NCBI RefSeq assembly: GCF_006345805.1
Contig: NC_043013.1
Location: 39,494,001-39,558,000, forward strand
Reading direction: 5' to 3'
DNA from: Octopus sinensis
Lineage: Eukaryota
DNA length: 64,000 nt
Part shown: positions 38,413-52,414 of the stretch, piece after piece
Layout: each line of letters opens with the position of its first letter
Position numbering within the stretch: the stretch's first letter is position 1
Made by a program: the position numbers and the translations under genes
The notes under the pieces: model-generated
Told to the model about the DNA's origin: nothing
Database searches by the model: none
The model's input: the letters and a program-made list of their open reading frames with translations, nothing else

Positions 38413-39128
38413 ATATAATATATATATATATATATCCAACTTCACATAGGCTTACAGATGTTTCTACTGCATCAGGTAGTAACCGTGGTAATTTCAACTC
38501 TACTATAATACCGGTGCAGTTTCTTCAGCGTCTTTACTTTAACATACTTTGATGTAACTGTTTAAAGTTTTTCTATATCTACTGTGCGTTGTATGATGTG
38601 AAGTTTTTCCTTAATTTAGACGCGAACTATCTTAAATACAAGTTTTGATTAGATAATCACTTTTAGCCCGTTATTTCAAAACATTCAACTATTTAAATTT
38701 TTATTAATCATCTAAACTGATTTTTTCATGAGCATGTATCTTGAAGCTTGTTCCTGTCTAGAATTGATTGTGTAATCTTTGTTTCTGTGTTTAAAAGACC
38801 AGATTAATATATTTAGACTTGTTTGGAAACTTTAATCATTATCCCTAAATGAACTTATATGATTAGTCAGTCTCTTCTTGAAAATTTGTGAAGTCGCTCC
38901 AATGCAAAAGTATTCATTTCCCTCGGATGTAATTATACATCTGTATATAACATTTTTAGTTTTACATTTATTATTCACTTAACAGGAGTCCCGTTTATAA
39001 TAATTGGAGAGATACATTTTCATATTTCTCTCAGATTTAGTATTAATTTGATCATTCATGGCAAAATCAAATTCATTTCTACCAAGTTCTTTGTTTACTC
39101 TTTTATTTACTCTTTTATATAACGTTAC

Positions 39129-39274
39129 CTTTGTTCTATTTGCGGCTGAATTTTTATTTGATTCTATGGTGCAAATGCGCAGTTGAGCTTCTGGTGCGAC
39201 GATGGCAACAGATAATAGAATATGATGGGATATATTTTCATCAACAAAAGCTTTTCGCATAAAACTTGCTTGAA
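39129..39274 (-). CDS. Candidate internal exon of the PAN-like gene (phase 1-0, 146 nt)
   Basis: ttctagctttaattaacAG...AAG|GTAACG; reads QASFMRKAFVDENISHHILLSVAIVAPEAQLRICTIESNKNSAANRTK. Confidence 0.45.
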
Positions 39275-39441
39275 CTGTTAATTAAAGCTAGAAATATGAA
39301 ACATTTTTGATTCAATCTTGTGTGTACGTGTGTGTGTGTGTGCGCGTGCCTATCATGAGATAGAGAAGAGATATAAATAGGTATATTCGTAGGTAGATAT
39401 ATAGATAGGTATGTAGAGACGGACGGGTCAATATGTATGTG

Positions 39442-39482
<41 letters not shown>

Positions 39483-39758
39483 AGTGTGTGTGTGTGTGTG
39501 TGTGTCTGTGTGTGTCTGTGTGTGTGTGTGTGTGTGTGTGTTGTGTGTGTGTGTATTCGAAAAAAGTATAAGTATGACTTCACTGGTAGATCTAATCAGT
39601 TTCATTCACATTTTCTAGTTTATTAATAATATAAAATATCTAGTTCACTAAATGTATGAACAATAATTTAAACTGATTAGAACTACCAGTGGAGACATTC
39701 TTTTACTTTTTTCAAATATACCTAACTGTACCAAGGATCTCATACATTTTCCAGTATG

Positions 39759-39803
<45 letters not shown>

Positions 39804-39933
39804 CTATTAGTGAGGGAATATAAATCCATGCTAAATACTTCATAAGCTTTTGTTGGAACATCAGGGTAACAATATTGTTTAGATTAGTGAAGAACTCCGA
39901 GTGTTCTTATGGCAGTAATTCCGTGGCTGCTGT

Positions 39934-39979
<46 letters not shown>

Positions 39980-40089
39980 GACTTTGGTTCATGACTTCTA
40001 GAATTTCGTGTGGTCTACACTGACTCGAGTAGTAGACCTGTCAGGTTCTCAGCTATGGGTTAACTACCTTACATAATGACAATACATCT

Positions 40090-40189
40090 NNNNNNNNNNN
40101 NNNNNNNNNNNNNNNNNNNNNNNNNNNNNNNNNNNNNNNNNNNNNNNNNNNNNNNNNNNNNNNNNNNNNNNNNNNNNNNNNNNNNNNNN
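40090..40189. other. Assembly gap (100 N)
   Basis: Direct reading. Confidence 1.
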
Positions 40190-40282
40190 CATAGTATTCG
40201 CTTTAGCGCGCCTGTTCATACCTACACATGTGCGCCCACACACCCATGTGCGTGCACATACATTCATCTATCCTCACTTATA

Positions 40283-40339
<57 letters not shown>

Positions 40340-40384
40340 CATCTTATACAGGCACAAATGACAGTGAAATTTTAAGTGGTTGAA

Positions 40385-41692
40385 GAAAGGTATCATAAGT
40401 CCAACAGCTGTTTATGGGGGCTTGGTGATCCATGATAATATTGGTAGATTTAGTCCTTGACAAAATGCGGCCATATGAATGCATTCAACATAGAACGATA
40501 TGAGCATCTACCATCATGGTCGAGAAACTCTTACATTTCAGGTCTTAAAGCCGAGAAGTTCAAAGATGGCTGATTTGAGGTTGTATTTGAAGTCATCAGG
40601 AAAGAATACTTCCCGAGAAGCTCACCTCCAATACGTACAAAATAGTTTTCTTCCCTTTTCAGCACTAAGTTAATGCTGCTGTTGTTGTGATATCTGAGAG
40701 AGACTATGCGACATTCGACGGTTGTCTGCACTGATCTCAAGCCCCTTACCTCTTTTATCTCCTCTTAGGTAGAGCCGGTCGTTATCACTATTTTTGTGGA
40801 GATTGCCAATTGATGTTAGAATCTTAAAGGTTTTAATGCCTATGAAGTGGATTTCTTCCAATGACCAGCAATTATCCCAAATGTTGGGACCAGCACCATT
40901 ACTGCATTGTGAGACATTGTCGTGTTGTAAGAGGAGACTTCAGACTTCCATGTTCCTTAAGCTGGTATAACATTCTTGGATCACTCTGTCTTTATTTACA
41001 GTACTTCGGTATGATATATTTTCATCCATGCTAAGGTACTTGCAGCATTCCTTGTGTGGAACTGGAGAGATAGTGAGACATGTTTGCTGTCTGAGAGACT
41101 GATTTTACCCGTTCAACATTTAAGTATGAACATTTCTTGTGGACAAATTCCATTTCTATGTCAGCTGAAAATGTTATTAATTCCAGTTGTGTTTTTTGGG
41201 CATTGCTAACATTGTTAGCATAGATCTTAAGGTCATCCACAAAGAAATTATGGGTTACATTAATCTCTTGAAGTTGCACACCTTAGCATGTAGCCATTTG
41301 TTTTTTATAGCAGGAATGATAATATAATGGGTTTAACGCTAAAATGAACAGAAGTAAAGAGACGCTATCTCCCTGGAATATTCCCATTGAAATCTTTATG
41401 GAATTGGAAACGATCGTTGCACTGTCTGTTCTAAATGTGAGGATTGTGGTCAAGATTTATGTGAGCCTTTTAATGACAGAAATTAAGGTAGCAGGCACTT
41501 TTGCTAAATGGAGACACTTCAGCAGCCATTCGTGGGGAATAGAATCAAATGCCTTCCCATAATGAAACCATACTGTTGTAAGGCTCCTACGATACGTTTT
41601 TGTTTGTACTTTTTCAGACAGTACAGCTTTGTTTATCAGAAGCTGTTTGGCACACTCCCACACTCCCTTCTTTCCATCAGCCGGTTATCAGA
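40385..41692 (-). mobile_element. Decayed R4/Dong-like LINE, RT region
   Basis: QLLINKAVL, KAFDSIPHEWLLKCL, NFFVDDLKIY. Confidence 0.8.
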
Positions 41693-41694
41693 CA

Positions 41695-41739
41695 CTATGT
41701 ATGTATGTATATATGTATGTATGTATGTTTGTATGTATG

Positions 41740-41773
<34 letters not shown>

Positions 41774-42128
41774 TGTATGTATGTATGTATGTATGTATAT
41801 ATGTATGTATGTATGCATGTATGTATGTATGTATGTATGTATGTATGTATGTATGTATGTATGTTTCTATGTATGTATGTATGTATGTAAGTATGTATTA
41901 TGTATGTATGTATGTATGTATGTATGTATGTATGTATGTATGTATGTATGTATATATGTATGTATGTATGTAGTATGTATGTATGTATGTTGTATGCATG
42001 TATGTATGTATATATGTATTATGTATGTATGTATGTATGTATGTATGTATGTATGTATGTATGTATGTTTGTATGTAATATGTACGTATGTATGTATGTA
42101 TGTATGTATGTGATGTCTGTATGTATGT
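41695..42128. repeat. (TATG)n microsatellite
   Basis: Direct reading. Confidence 0.95.
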
Positions 42129-42129
42129 A

Positions 42130-42925
42130 GGTCACTGCTGTATCTAATCATTTAAATCCTTCCTCTGAAGTAGCTGGTTCTAACAAATATACAAATCTCC
42201 ACCTTTGGAATGTATTTAACGAAACAACGTCACATTTAAGCCTGAGAAAATTTTTTGCATTTTTATAGTTCCACTTACAGATTGCATTTGTAATGTGCGA
42301 ATTAGTTGGTTGATTTCTTTTTCTGAAAATCCAAGCTTATTCAGACCTACAGTTAGCACTTACAATACCAAGTGCTCCTACTATTGACGCTACAAATGTA
42401 AATTTGTAACCCGGCTATAGAAGTGGAGATTTCGAAGCAGCTATCTTGAGTTATCCTCCTTCTCTTCGATTTCAGAGATATTCGCATCAGCAGGGTAGCT
42501 GGCCTCTATGATGGTACATACTTATTTTATCTGTCCCAACAATAATATTCGGCGTTATATTTACACTTGACGAAGTTTCGATGGGAATGTTCCACCAGTA
42601 TTCTTTATGCGGTAATTGACCACGCATTCAATGACAGGACGATTCTCTACATTTAATCTGGGACGGTGTTTTTTTTTTCCGATGGTATTGCATATTGTTT
42701 TAGCAACAACGTCATGTTGCATAGGGAGATGGTACCCTGATAACATTTCGAGCAGCTGCTACTCACATGGTGATATCTTACAGAGAAACATGACAGTCGA
42801 CATTATTGGTTGCACCTTGGAACATTACGGCGACAATCTGCCAGCGGAAGAGTGAAGTTCGATATGTGACATTGCTTTGCTATCTGCATTCTTTATTTAC
42901 AGGAAGACTTTAAACTCATTAGAAA
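42130..42925 (-). mobile_element. Decayed R4/Dong-like LINE, C-terminus and 3' UTR ending in (CATA)n
   Basis: YHLPMQHDVVAKTI (zinc-knuckle flank) and downstream restriction-endonuclease-like remnants. Confidence 0.6.
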
Positions 42926-42944
42926 TAGAGATGAATATACATGC

Positions 42945-42980
<36 letters not shown>

Positions 42981-42983
<3 letters not shown>

Positions 42984-43249
42984 ATGGTTGTATACTGTCA
43001 ATCTAACACGAACGTGACAGTAGGCGGGTACACCACCGCTGTATAGCCCTAGGAAGCATCGACGCCTCCTGATGGCTTTGACACATTTTTCCCTGTGTCC
43101 TTAAGGACACATATTTTTTTATGTATATAAGGACACAGGGAATAATGTGTCAAAGCCATCAGGAGGCGTCGATGCTTCCTAGGGCTATACACCGGTGGTG
43201 TACCCCCTACTGTCACGTTCGTGTTAGATTGACAGTATACAACCATTCT
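42981..43249. repeat. 269-bp palindrome, origin unassigned
   Basis: Arms at 42981-43103 and 43128-43249, with 2 mismatches and 1 indel and a 24-nt spacer. Confidence 0.9.
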
Positions 43250-43259
43250 ATCGCCCCAC

Positions 43260-43922
43260 CACATACATACATGCATACACTCACATACATATATACATAC
43301 ACACATACATCCAGCCATACATACATACATACATAAATACATACATACATACATACATACATACATACATTCATACATACATACTTACATAATGCACGCA
43401 TGCATTCATAGATACATACTACATACATACTAACGTATACACACACATACGTACATATGTACATACATACATATATATATAATACATAGATACACACATA
43501 CATGCATACATACATATACATAAATCCATACATACACCCACATACATACATATATACATACATAATACATACATACATACATACATACATACATAATACA
43601 TACATACGTACATACATACGTACATACATGCACACATATACATACATACACATTCATACATACAGACGGATAGACATACAGACGTACATACAGACAGACA
43701 GGCAGATAGACAGACGGGACAGATAAGATAAAAACACAAGCAACATTGCGGCAACAATATGTCAGCGGAGAATGCAGTTAACGTGACATTCATATGTACT
43801 GCATACATATATACATACATATATACATACATACATACATACATACATACATACATACATACATACATACATACAGACATACAAACATACATACATTCAT
43901 ACATACATACATGCATGCATGC

Positions 43923-43953
<31 letters not shown>

Positions 43954-45125
43954 CATACATGCATATGCATATGCATACTTACATACATGCATGCATACAT
44001 ACACATGCATCACATACATACATAAATACATACATACATACATGCATACATACATGCATGCTTACATACATACATGCATACATACATACATACATACATA
44101 CATACATGCATACATGCATGCATGCATACTTACATACATACATGCATGCATACATACATACATAAATACATACATACATACATGCATACATACATGCATA
44201 CATACATACATACATAAATACATACATACATACATACATACATACATGCATACATACGTGCATGCATACATACATACATGCATACATACATTACGTACAT
44301 ACATACACACACATACATACATATATACACACACATAAATACATACACATATACACACATACATACATGCATACATAAATACCTACACACATACATACAT
44401 AGATACATACATGCATACATACATGCATACATACATGCATACATACATGCATACATACATACATACATACATACATACATACATACATACATACATACAT
44501 GCATACATGCATGCATGCATACATACATACATGCATACATTCACACACATACATACATACATACATACATACAGCATACAACATGCATACATGCATACAT
44601 ACATACATACATACATACATACATACAGAATGCATACATGATACATACATACATACATGCATACATTCACACATACATACATACATACATACATACAACA
44701 TACATACATGCATTACATACATACATGCATACATACATACATACATGCATACATGCATACATACATACATACATGCATACATACATTACGTACATACATA
44801 CATACACACACATATATACATATATACACACACATAAATACATACACATATACACACATACATACATGCATACATAAATACCTACACACATACATACATA
44901 CATACATACATACATACATGCATACATACATGCATACATACATACATACATACATACATACATACATACATGCATACATACATGCATACATACATGCATA
45001 TATACATGCATGCATGCATACATACATACATGCATACATACATACATACATGCATACATACATTCATACATACATGCATATATACATGCATGCATGCATA
45101 CATACATACATACACATACATACAA

Positions 45126-45156
<31 letters not shown>

Positions 45157-45287
45157 CATACATACATGCATACATACATGCATACATACATGCATATATA
45201 CATACATACATGCATACATACATACATACATACATACATACATACATACATACATACATACATACATACATACATACATACATACAT
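43260..45287. repeat. About 2-kb imperfect (CATA)n satellite
   Basis: Direct reading; a short unique island lies at about 43660-43800. Confidence 0.95.
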
Positions 45288-45289
45288 TC

Positions 45290-45740
45290 CTCAAGGCTTG
45301 CTGGGGTAAACAAAGAATTTTTGTCCAGTAAATCAACCAATGTACCTTTTTTTTTAAAACCAGGTACTTATCCTATATGTCTGTTTGATAGAACCTCTAA
45401 ATTACGGTGACATAAGCAAACCTACACCGGTTGTGAAGCGGGTGTGGAGGAAAACACAGACACAAAGACTCACGCATACACACACACACGCGCACACACG
45501 AACACACGCACACACACACACAAACATAAGCAAGTGTATATATTAATATATATATTATATGTATATATATGTATATATATATATATATATATTATATAAT
45601 ATATAATGGGCTTCTCTCAGTTTCCGTGCCCGAAATTCACCCACAAGGCTTTGTTTAGACCAAGGTGCCACGAGGTGGGGTTGAACCCGGAATCATATGG
45701 CTGGGAAGCGAACCTCCTACCTCACTACGATGGCATGGTT
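45290..45740 (-). mobile_element. Diverged SINE family A
   Basis: Similarity to 7805-8205. Confidence 0.65.
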
Positions 45741-46500
45741 GTATGAATGTATGTTTGCGCATATATGTATGAATGAATGTACGTATGCATGTATGAATGC
45801 TTGCATATATGTACGTATGTATGTGCATTTCTATCTTTAACAAGTTTAAAGTCTTCCCGTAAATAATGATCTGTTTCGTAACAAAGATGCTATGTCACAT
45901 CTATGAAATGTAGATAACAAAGCGACGCTACATAAACTTCACTCTTCTTATGACACATTCTTTATGTTGGTTGGCTGCCTTACTGTTCTGAAAACCTTTG
46001 TACATTTTTTTTATCTGTCCCAAACAAAGATAACCGATCTTGTCTTTCAACGTGTTTTCTCTCTGCATGACTGGATATTTATTTGTATGTATGTATGTAT
46101 GTATGTATGTATTTATGTATGTATGTATGTATGTATGTATGTATGCATGCATGTATGTATGTATGCCCGTAGTTACTTTACTCATTACTTTACAATTAAA
46201 TATACGTACATATATTAAACGAAATAATCTAAGGGAAATAACTCCGTATGGCAAATTACATGTCTATAAATAACACACCAGTAATGGTGTATCAAATATA
46301 ATCTTGTTTTCGGTTTTTTCTTTTGTTGTTGTTTTTCTAACACTTCCACATGTACACGCTGTAGATCACTGAAGCGATTAGCACGGCATTGGAAATTTGT
46401 AAGCTAATATTAGTATTTAGTCCTTATTCTTGATGGAAAGGACGAGATGGTTGGTGTAGCAGTTAATCCCAAAGTTGGGTGCTACACGTTCCACTACATT

Positions 46501-46538
<38 letters not shown>

Positions 46539-46539
46539 G

Positions 46540-47577
46540 CGCAAAGGGGCGAAGAGAGAAGATTAATCCCTGTTCACGGCGGCGCAAACGGGTGTCCGGA
46601 TGGCCACGGAACTTGCTCCGGCAAGGGCAGTGAGGGGATATCCACGTAGGATGTAGTGGCGAGCCATGAGTTGAGACTGAGCCTCAAAGTCATGGTCGTC
46701 ACTACAGAGCCTGCGTAGACGGAGGAATTGGGAATTGGGGGTGGAAAGCTTGGTGTGTTTAGGGTGGAAGGGAAATTAGTTGAGGTATGAGTGTGAGTCT
46801 GTGTGTTTGTAGTGGATGGCGGTGAGAGTGGAGTAATGATGCAGACCGAAATGTCAAGAAAGGGGACAGAAGTATCTGAGATAGTGCAGGAGAGGTGGAG
46901 GACAGGATGGAAAGATTTGACAAAAGAGAGGAAGGAGTCTAGACGTTCGCGGGAGAGTGAGGTTGCACCGATACAGTCGTCAATATAACGGCCGTATAGT
47001 TCGGGAGTGGGACCAGTAAAACCTGAGAATATTTGGGCCTCAACGTAGCCAACGAACAGGTTCGCATAGTTGGTGGGGGGCGGTTATTCTCGTTCCCATG
47101 GACACTCCTGAGTCAGCTGGTAGAAATCACCCACGAACGAGAAGTATAATTGAGTGAGACGACAAGTTCGGCCAGACGAATGAGTGTGGGTTTAAGAGAG
47201 GAGGGAAGCCACTATGGGGGCAAGGACACGGTCAAGATATCTGGAGGTGAGTTCGGTGGGGCGGTTGAAGGCGGAAACGATGGGGCAGTCAGGGTTGTTA
47301 GGTTTACAGATTTGGGGGTTGAAGTAAATGGTGGGTGTGCGTGGTGTGTACAATGAAGCTGAAGGCGGTGGAGGGAGACGGGAGGAGTAGACGAGGTCAT
47401 GGATAGTGGAGGACACAGTCTGTTGGTAGCTGGGCGCGGGGTCAGAGGACAGAGGGCAGTAGAAGGAAGTGTCCTGAAGTTGTCGGAGAACTTCGGATTT
47501 GTAGAGGTCTGCGCGCCAAACCACCAAGGCTCCACCCTGGTCGGCCGGTTTTATGATGATGTCAGTGTGGCCGAGAT

Positions 47578-47580
<3 letters not shown>
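46540..47580 (-). mobile_element. Neptune-type PLE fragment (RT and GIY-YIG tail)
   Basis: IIIKPADQGGALVVW, YANLFVGYVE, YIDD at 46987-46976; paralogous to 37240-38265. Confidence 0.85.
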
Positions 47581-47619
<39 letters not shown>

Positions 47620-48074
47620 GACAGACAGACAGAGAGGGAGGGAGAGAGAGAGGGAGAGAGAAGGGGTGAGACGGAGAGAGAAGGGGTGAGACGGAGAGAG
47701 AGAGAGAGAGAGAGACATACTGACACACATGTGGATGTGCACTTCTGTGTGTGTGAATGTATGTATGGTGTTATTCTTTTTAATACCCGTGTTGGTTCTG
47801 CTTCAGCAGGTTCATGAGTTTTTCCCCAAATCTATATAGCACTATGTTATATAATATTTAGTTATTTTATCTAACCTATAGTTATATTTCTATGGTGCAA
47901 GAAAAGATGAGTTTTGGATAAATTTGTTGTTACAGAGGGAAATACCGACGTGTATGTATATGTAAAAGTGCCATTTTTTTGTGCTTGTGCAAGTGTGTGG
48001 GTGTGCGTGTACGTACTTGTGTATGAACGATATATACAAGGAAAAACCCAATTTTTTTCTTTTTGAAGAAAAAA

Positions 48075-48101
48075 GGAAGTGACGTAAACGCTTTATCCAA
48101 T
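48075..48101 (+). promoter_or_regulatory. Candidate promoter: adjacent ETS and CRE-like motif plus a CCAAT box
   Basis: GGAAGTGACGTAA at 48075-48087 and CCAAT at 48097-48101, about 200 bp upstream of the candidate BCAP-like ATG. Confidence 0.35.
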
Positions 48102-48299
48102 CGTCGTAGATCAAGGCAGGTAAATATTAAAAGGCGAGAAATACAAGCTAAATATTATCCTGAGAGGTACTATGTTGAATAACATTGACTATTTTATACA
48201 GACTGCTACAGACTCAGAATATATTTACTCTGTGAAATAAATAATTTCGCAAACGAAACACTTATATGTTCCAAAGTGATTTAGGGATACAACGACGAA

Positions 48300-48327
48300 A
48301 TGGCAATGTTAAACGATAGTAGGAACG
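48300..48327 (+). CDS. PIK3AP1: Candidate first coding exon of the BCAP/PIK3AP1-like gene (MAMLNDSRN)
   Basis: gaaATGG Kozak context, in-frame upstream TAG at 48282, phase-1 donor GTAAGT matching the 58942 acceptor. Confidence 0.55.
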
Positions 48328-48510
48328 GTAAGTGTAATACCCTGTTTATTATCGTTTTTTTTTTTTTTTTTTTTTGTAGTCAGTCGGTCAGTTTGTAATT
48401 TGTTTCGGTCTACATTGTTTATTGACCTTTTTGAGTTTTAGGGTTTTAGTCGAACAAATAATGCCCATTACTTATATTTCTTTGCGTATTATTACAAGGC
48501 CGATATAATA

Positions 48511-48559
<49 letters not shown>

Positions 48560-48743
48560 ATCGATTTATCGGCTGACCGAATCACTAACTTACGGGGACG
48601 TAAACACATCACCGATTGTCAGGCGGTGACGGGATACAAACACAGACACAAAGGCACAGATATACACATACATACACACATCATAGAGACTACATACATA
48701 CATACATACATACTACATGCATACATACATATATATACATGTA

Positions 48744-48784
<41 letters not shown>

Positions 48785-49291
48785 TATATAATTTAAACAA
48801 TTGAGGGTAAAATTAATTAATTAATCAATTTCACCAAGTATTCAGTATGCAAAGGGACCATTTAAGGCGAATTCAAATTATTACTTATATAAAAGGGCTT
48901 AGTAAAATAAATTACTTTGCCGCATACTGAACTCATTAGAAATAGCAGCTAAAACATTTTAAAAAGTATTTCTAATACTTAAAGAAAACCTCTCTCATAT
49001 AGTGTTGCTCAATTCAACTCACGCAAATATGGGGGTAGAGACATTAAAAAATCAAGTGCAAAGGGTGAGTTGAATTGAGGCAAACACTATATGAGAGAGG
49101 TTTCTTCTTTAAGTTTATATATATATATATATATTATATATATATATATATATATCTATATATATACCATACTCTATATATATAATAAAAAAATATATTA
49201 TTATACATGTAAACATGTAGACATTATATATATATATATATATATACACATTTATGATTTATATATATATGTATATCACACATATATATAC

Positions 49292-49333
<42 letters not shown>

Positions 49334-49336
49334 ATG

Positions 49337-49368
<32 letters not shown>

Positions 49369-49440
49369 GTTGTGTGTGGTATATAAATATATATATATAT
49401 ACAAGCACACATAAGCACGAACAGACACACAAATACATAC

Positions 49441-49475
<35 letters not shown>

Positions 49476-49476
49476 C

Positions 49477-49507
<31 letters not shown>

Positions 49508-49841
49508 AAATGTGACTAGTGTGTTAGAAAATACCTACATTGCTAGAAATAGGAGCTAAACAGATCTAATGCTGTAATTCACGTACATAAATGAAAACAT
49601 ATGCACAAACAGGGACCGTAAACCTGCGAAAAGTATCGATTAAGATTCATACCCGATCGGCCCTTTTCGGACGATTAAGTTCCCTGTTAGTACAAATGGT
49701 TTCATTCATGTGCCTTAACTACAACATTAGAGTGGTTTAGCTCTTATTTCTAGCAATGTAGGCGTTTCCTAACATCCTAACTACATTTAGTGACAATTAT
49801 TTTTTCGGGTTAAACGTTGCAAACTGCTGCTCATCTATGGA

Positions 49842-49899
<58 letters not shown>

Positions 49900-50308
49900 A
49901 TATATATATATGATTGATTGATTGATTTAGTTTCAGCTCACGAGCTGTGGCCATTGCTGGGGCACCGCCATTTATATATATATGTATGTATATATATATG
50001 TATATATGTATATATATATGTATGTATGTATATATATATATGTATGTATGTATATATATATGAATATATACATATTATATACATTATATATATATATATA
50101 TATGTATATATACTATATATATACATATAATATATATATATGTATATATAATATATATATATATATATGTATTATATATATTATATATATATATATATAT
50201 ATATGCGTGTATATAATGTACAATACATATATATATATACCTATATATATATATATATAACATATATACACATAACTATATATATACATATATATATATA
50301 CACACACC

Positions 50309-50353
<45 letters not shown>

Positions 50354-50457
50354 CATATATATATATCTATATATTATACATTATATATATATACATATAA
50401 ATATATACACATACATATATAATACATACATATATATATATACATATATACACATAC

Positions 50458-50488
<31 letters not shown>

Positions 50489-50934
50489 CACATACATACA
50501 TACATACATATATATATATTATATATATATATATATATACGTGCGTGTCTCTCTGTGTGTGGGTGCACCGTTCTAAGACAGTATCCAACGTTTTCTTTTG
50601 TTATTCGAAGATGACTGCGCTCGATGTAAAATGAAATTCGAGCGTCGGATAAAACGATTGGTGATTTTGGTTTCTGTGGTCTGAGTTCAAAACCCGCCGA
50701 GGTCAAGTTTGACTTTTATCCTTTCGAGGGTCGATGAAAAAGAATACTTGTCCAGGTCAATGGATTAACGAACTTGTTAGAGTATCGTTCGAGTTTCCTC
50801 GTGATGTCGGTTCCACGCCTTTGCGCTTTGTGTTCGAATCCCGCCGACGTCGGCTTTACTCTTTGTCTTTTGGAGATTGATCATCGCAGTATTTCTCCGG
50901 GGCAGTTTTCTGACGGAACTGATTATGCTTGACT

Positions 50935-51083
50935 CTTTAGTAAGAAGCTGGCTTCCCAACCACATGGTTCCCGGTTCAGTCCTACTGCGTAGCACCTTGG
51001 GCAATTGTCCTTAACCATAGACTTGGGCCGACCAAAGCTTTGTTGGTGGGGTTGGTAGATGGAAAGTGAAAGACACCTGTCCT

Positions 51084-51153
<70 letters not shown>

Positions 51154-51170
51154 ATGTATTATGTATATAT

Positions 51171-51221
<51 letters not shown>

Positions 51222-51430
51222 TGGCCTTTGTGTCTGTGTTTGACCCCATCACCGCTTGACAATTTGTGTTGGTGTGTTCACGTCAATGTAACTTAGCGGT
51301 TCTGAAAAAGGAACCGATAGAATATGTACGAGGTTTAAAAGCAAAAGCAAAAAGAAAAAAAATAGAAGCAAGTACTGGGATCGATCCAGTCGACCAGAAT
51401 TTCTTCAAGGTTGTTCCCCAACAGTAAAAA
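50935..51430 (+). mobile_element. Diverged SINE family A
   Basis: Similarity to 7805-8205. Confidence 0.7.
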
Positions 51431-51829
51431 GATAAAAGATATCGGTTCTGTCCCACTGTACTCTGATCCGAGTTCGAATCCTGCAGAGCGCAGCTTCGTA
51501 TTTTATCCCTTCCGGATCGATGAAAAAGAAAGCTATTAGCCCTAGACGATAATTGGTAGAATTGATAGTGTTGGACAAAATGCTTTGTGGTAACGGCCCT
51601 ATTCTTTAACGTCCTGAGTTCGAATTCCGATGATGTCAAGTTCACTCCTATCCATTCGGGGTCGATTAAATAAAATACTGATCCAGGACAGACTTAGAGC
51701 TTCGATAGAAATACATTGCGATATCGGTTCCAAGTCTTAGTATTTTAAATTCAAAATCAAATACCTGATATTTTTGATAGCCTCCTTGTGGCGGGAAACA
51801 CAAATTTCGGGATCTCGGCTAACGATAAT

Positions 51830-52065
51830 ATATTTCTTTACTACCCACAAGGGGCTAAACACAGAGTGGACAAACAAGGACAGACAGACGGATTAAGTCG
51901 ATTACATCGACTCCAGTGCGTAACTGGTACTTAATTTATCGACCACGAAAGGATGAAAGGCAAAGTCGACCTCGGCGAATTTGAACCCAGAACGTAACGG
52001 CAGACGAAATACGGCTACGCATTTCGCCCGGCGTGCTAACGTTTCTGCCAGTTCGCCGCCTTTTG
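51830..52065 (-). mobile_element. SINE family B
   Basis: Reverse-complement family B motifs. Confidence 0.85.
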
Positions 52066-52414
52066 GCTAACGATAATAATCCTGCTAATGCCAGACAGTG
52101 CGCCGCGTTGGTTTGAGCCTGCTGATAAACGCTAATATAGGGAAAGTTGGTTGCGCTTTGATGAAGATTTAGCAGTTATTTCTAATGTATATAATGTTGG
52201 CTTTAATAGCCCGTCAGTGGTATTGCTAAAAAAACAAAAAAAAAAGAAATACTAGAAAGATGCGTGTCTATGCAGAATATAATGTTGTTTAATTCAGGTA
52301 TCAGGCCAATAATTTTGTTGCGGGTTTACCAGTCGATTCCATTTATACCAGTACTACATGGTTGCTTGATTTAATCGACTCTGATACGATGAAAGACAAA
52401 GATTATGTTGTGTT

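Noticed and set aside
39870-40045. Minus frame with poly-Thr (QCRPHEILEVMNQSPTTT...)
   Set aside because: Driven by an (ACT)n microsatellite, with no convincing splice sites. It lies next to the gap, so it remains unresolved.
43040-43100. HDV-like ribozyme (gcc-TCCTGAT-ggc resembles P3/L3)
   Set aside because: No P1.1 GG and no consistent P1/P2 pairing found.
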